The notes under the pieces were generated by a model. The model worked only from the letters and a program-made list of their open reading frames with translations, ran no database searches and was not told where the DNA came from. This document shows, piece by piece, positions 60,301-64,000 of a stretch of 64,000 bases of DNA. The position numbers and the translations under genes are program-made. Positions within the stretch are counted from its first letter, which is position 1. Each line of letters opens with the position of its first letter. The stretch covers positions 1 to 64,000 of the forward strand of contig NIVC01002820.1 in assembly GCA_002269645.1 (NCBI GenBank). Reading direction: 5' to 3'. The stretch is from Macrostomum lignano. Lineage: Eukaryota.

Positions 60301-60975
60301 ACTGCAAAACGCCCATAAATCAAAGGAGAAGGCAACAGAGCGACTGGGGAGAAAACTGGAAAGACCTCTTTGACCCAGACAGGCTGGAGCCAAAAGTGAC
60401 AGCTAGACCGCCATAAGTAACTAAAAATAGTGAAAAGGTCACAAATCGGGGGGTCAGAATGAGATTGTAAAACATTCCTCCCAGACTTAGTGTCGCCTGT
60501 CTAGACTGTTGGAGGTCAATCCGCCTCAGACCCAGACAGCCTGACCTTCAAAGATGTGTAAACACCCAAAATTAGAATCCTAAGGGAAGTACATTGAATG
60601 CCTAACATAATAATTAATAGTAATGTCATAAATTAGTATAGAACTCAGCCTAGATGAGAGAATAGAGAAAAAATCCTAAGCTAGCCTACTGGCAGTATGG
60701 GAAAAAGCGCGTCGAAGCTAAATGTGCGGTTTAAAGATTGAAAAAAGATGCGTCCTCATCAATCATTTTCAAACAATGTACCTTTACCTCGACTCATTTT
60801 CCATAGTTTTGCTGCTAATAATTGCTGTCGCTTTTTGAATTGTGAGGAGCCTTTTGTAAGGAGGGGGTTGTTGGCTGCGATGTTGGGTGCATGCATTGTG
60901 GGTGCGTCGCTATAGAGGGGGCTTTACATCTATAATATAATTAATTATGTAAATATAACCTGCGTTTTGTGTCTC

Positions 60976-63065
60976 TTTACTTCTTGACTTAGCTACAGGG
61001 CAATCCGAAAACGCGGTGAGGCGAGCGTCGCCCATTCCGCTAATCCTTGAAGAGCCCGCATAGGCTAGGGCGCGGGGCCAATCAGGGAGGTCTGTCAGTC
61101 CTGTCTGCAGCGTTGTCTTCGGTGGGGAAGACGGAGGCTCGTTTGTTAGGAGGAACCGGGGTGCGTCGTGGGATGTTCTCGGGCCGGCAAGCGTCATCCA
61201 GGGACGGGTTGGGCCTGAGGTAGTGTAGCCGGTCTCGTTTGAAGGCCGGACAGTAGCAGATGAAGTGATAGTTGGCACCTTCATTTTCAAGGTTGCAAAA
61301 GGGGCAGAGTTCGCTCCGGCGGACGCCTCGGAGGAAACAGTGCCTGGCAAAGCAACCGTGACCTGTGAAGGTCATATAGTGAGAGCGCGGATATCTTTTC
61401 GATTTTGGTTCAAAAGCATTCTCTGCAGCTTGAGGGACGGGTTGGGCACTGCCGCCCGGGATTGACGGCAGTCGGAAATACCATCCCATCTGCGCAGGAG
61501 CAGGATATCCGCCCAGTCGTTAATCTGGCGATTAAAGACCGTGGCGGGGATGGGGGCCAGAGGCGAGGGGCCAAGGAGCGAGCTGGAGCCTACCCGTCTT
61601 AGCGAGGGAGTCAACGAGCTCGCTACCTCTGAACCCTGCGTGCCCTGGGCTCTGGTAAGCCGGACGGTGTTCCTCCGACCCAGGTTGTTGAGCTGCATGC
61701 CCAATACAGTCGTGAACTGTTCGGGAGTTGGTAGTGGTGCGACACAGTGCCAGCAAGGCGGCCTGGCCTGGCTGTCAGAGTGGGAGAAGATTAGTATGTC
61801 TTTGAAGTCCCTGCAGAGAGCTCAGCTGCACAAGAGCTGATGGTTGGAAGACATTGGAGAGTCTGCAAGTGTGTTGGGCGTGAGTGGCGATCACGCGGCC
61901 ATTGATAAGGATACAAACTCTAAAGCCGGATGTGCCGTTTTTGGAGGATCCGTCAGTGAAGCAGTGGACCCCCTGGTGGAGGGGCCCAGCTGTCGTCGGC
62001 GTTCTCCCTGGAGGGGAAAGTGACCTTGAAGCGTTGTTAAAGATTGAGGGAGCGCGGCTCAGTGTCCGAAAGGACAGCCGCACTCCCGCTCTTCTTCAGA
62101 ATTTTAAGGCACAGGTCAGAGTGCGGCAGAAACTTGCGCTTCGTCATCGCTCTTTGCGGCTTGAAGCTAACGCCAGCCTCGATGAGCCGGCGGGTGGTTT
62201 TAGCAGCCTCCCGGCGGAATAAGATGTGCAAGGGTGGGAGGCAGAGGAAGGCGTTGAGGCCGTCAAAAGGAGCAGAGAGCGGGCCTTTCATGATCATGCG
62301 ACACACGTCCCTGCACCTTTTTAGGGCTTTGTGGCAGGTTTTAATCTGCAAGGCGCAGGTCCAGGGCAGGCCGGCGTAAGTAACGGCCGGCCGGACTATT
62401 GCGGTATAGATCCACCAGAGCCGCTTCGGGGTTGGGCCCCATGTGGTGCCGACGGCTCTGCGCGACTGCGCAAGAATCGCGAGGGCTTTTTTGGTTTTGG
62501 CCTGAACGTGGGTGGACCAGCTCAGCCTGTGGTCCAGCGTAACGCCGAGACACTTGGTTTGCTTACAGGATGGGATTTCCTCCCCGTAAAGCTTTAGTGG
62601 GCGAATACGCCAATTAACTCTGCTGGTGAACATGATCGCGACAGTTTTGATCTCGGAGAGCCTGATACCACACCTGTCCGCCTATTATTCAGCAGAGCAA
62701 ATAAAGTTTTGTAGAAGATCATAGGCTTATAGGCTTTCAGGTAATGGCCCGGATGTCACGGCTGTGACATCATCAGCATAACCGACCTTAAGGATGGGGT
62801 CAAGATGGCTGTCCTGAAGGAGCTCATCGATGACCATGTTCCAGAGAGCTGGAGAGAGAACACCGCCTTGGGGGCTGCCTTTGCAGACGGTTACCGTCCG
62901 TTGGTGCGCGGTGGCAGTACGGTGGCTGATCAAAGATCCACCGGGTAAGGTGCGAGTGGTTTCCCCTCTTGCACGTAAAGCTCTGTCGAAAGCCTCGAAG
63001 AGAACGTTGTCGAAGGCTCCAAGAAGACAGGAGGAAGACAGCAAAAGCGTTACCTAGAACGGCTT
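60976..63065 (-). mobile_element. 5'-truncated, frameshifted non-LTR retrotransposon with RT, RNase H and C-terminal CCHC (LOA/I/R1-group-like)
   Basis: GAFDN, KGSPQGGVLSPALWN, GYADD, KCLGVTLD..LSW..HV, FTDGS, GHGCF..H..CPFC....E...HFIC.CP; 13-bp TSD CGTTTTGTGTCTC (60963-75, 63066-78); short AAG/TAAA tail. Confidence 0.9.
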
Positions 63066-64000
63066 CGTTTTGTGTCTCACAAGGGGCTTTGACCTCTAGC
63101 TCTCTAGCCCGCCTATTTTTGTTTTATTCCTTACCTATACGAGTAATTGGTTGCATGTAAAAAATTATTTTTATTCGCAATACCATCAAAGGACCAACTA
63201 AAAAAGTTAACCGTTGTAAAACATTTTATTTCCAATTTCACACACAAATTGACGATTTTGGACGTACTTTGACGAAAGTGAATCAGAGTTTATAGAAGTT
63301 GCGTCAACAGATTGTCGACATGAATTGGAGTTTGACGAAAATGAAATGAATTTTTTCTCAGCGCCAAAAACATAGCCTTTCTTCCTCATAGAAATTTGCG
63401 CTTGCTGTCGAGACTGAAAAGGAGTGTATCTAAAATGAATGTAGACATACATGTACACGTATAAATCGAGCTAGAAGTGTCGAAGTTGAACTTCCGATTG
63501 TCTAAAGTGAGTTGGAATTTGAATGAAATTGAGGGTAAAATCAAGAACGTCCTTGCCCAATATATTGCCCAGGGAGGGCAGTACAGTTTGATTTCATGCT
63601 GTATGCACTCCTAAAGACCACTATAAAACAATTAATCTGAAACTGAGAGACAGCAAACCGGACGTGTTGGTACAAGACAGCTACGTACGAAAGTTGAATT
63701 CGGATTAAAGTTGTGACGAAACTGATTTAGTGGCCATAGTACGCTCGTACAAATGATTAGTCGGAATTCATGCACATAAAAGGCTTTATTCACTAGAAAT
63801 TTATAATTTCTAGTAATTTTTTTAAACCAATTGACACATACATTCAAAGCGACCTTTTCGAATTCTGCCAATATTTGCAAGTAATGTCCTATGTGTTGTT
63901 TAGTAGTCCTTGTGCACTCCTCTGCTTTCCTCTGTTCCTCCTCCGGCTATTCCGCTAATAATAACTGTACAGTACGTGTGTATTCAAGTTTATTTCTAGT

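Overview
Eukaryotic (metazoan) genomic DNA. GC-rich exons separated by minisatellite-filled introns resemble the flatworm Macrostomum; this is an inference from style only. Four host genes can be assembled with GT-AG junctions. (1) PTP1B/TC-PTP-like phosphatase, + strand, 4 exons, 460 aa, with a tail-anchor exon missing from the ORF track. (2) AF10/AF17 (MLLT10)-like PZP plus OM-LZ gene, + strand, broken by at least one frameshift. (3) ELMOD-family gene, - strand, 3 exons, 321 aa. (4) Strawberry notch (SBNO), - strand, 9 exons, 1366 aa. Bases 9161-20970 are a fully reconstructable nested transposon stack: a decayed Ty3/Gypsy element with 125-bp LTRs, tRNA-Leu PBS, PPT and 5-bp TSD. It carries a 6.9-kb two-ORF CACTA/EnSpm transposon in gag codon 4, a solo LTR in the protease, and a hAT-type MITE on its outer edge. 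The rest holds hAT-type MITEs with perfect 8-bp TSDs, foldback elements, a 5'-truncated RNase H-bearing LINE with a 13-bp TSD, and over 20 distinct tandem arrays. I found no CRISPR, rRNA or tRNA genes, and no clear new enzymatic system. The best leads concern splicing and TE architecture. All coordinates and counts were read by eye.
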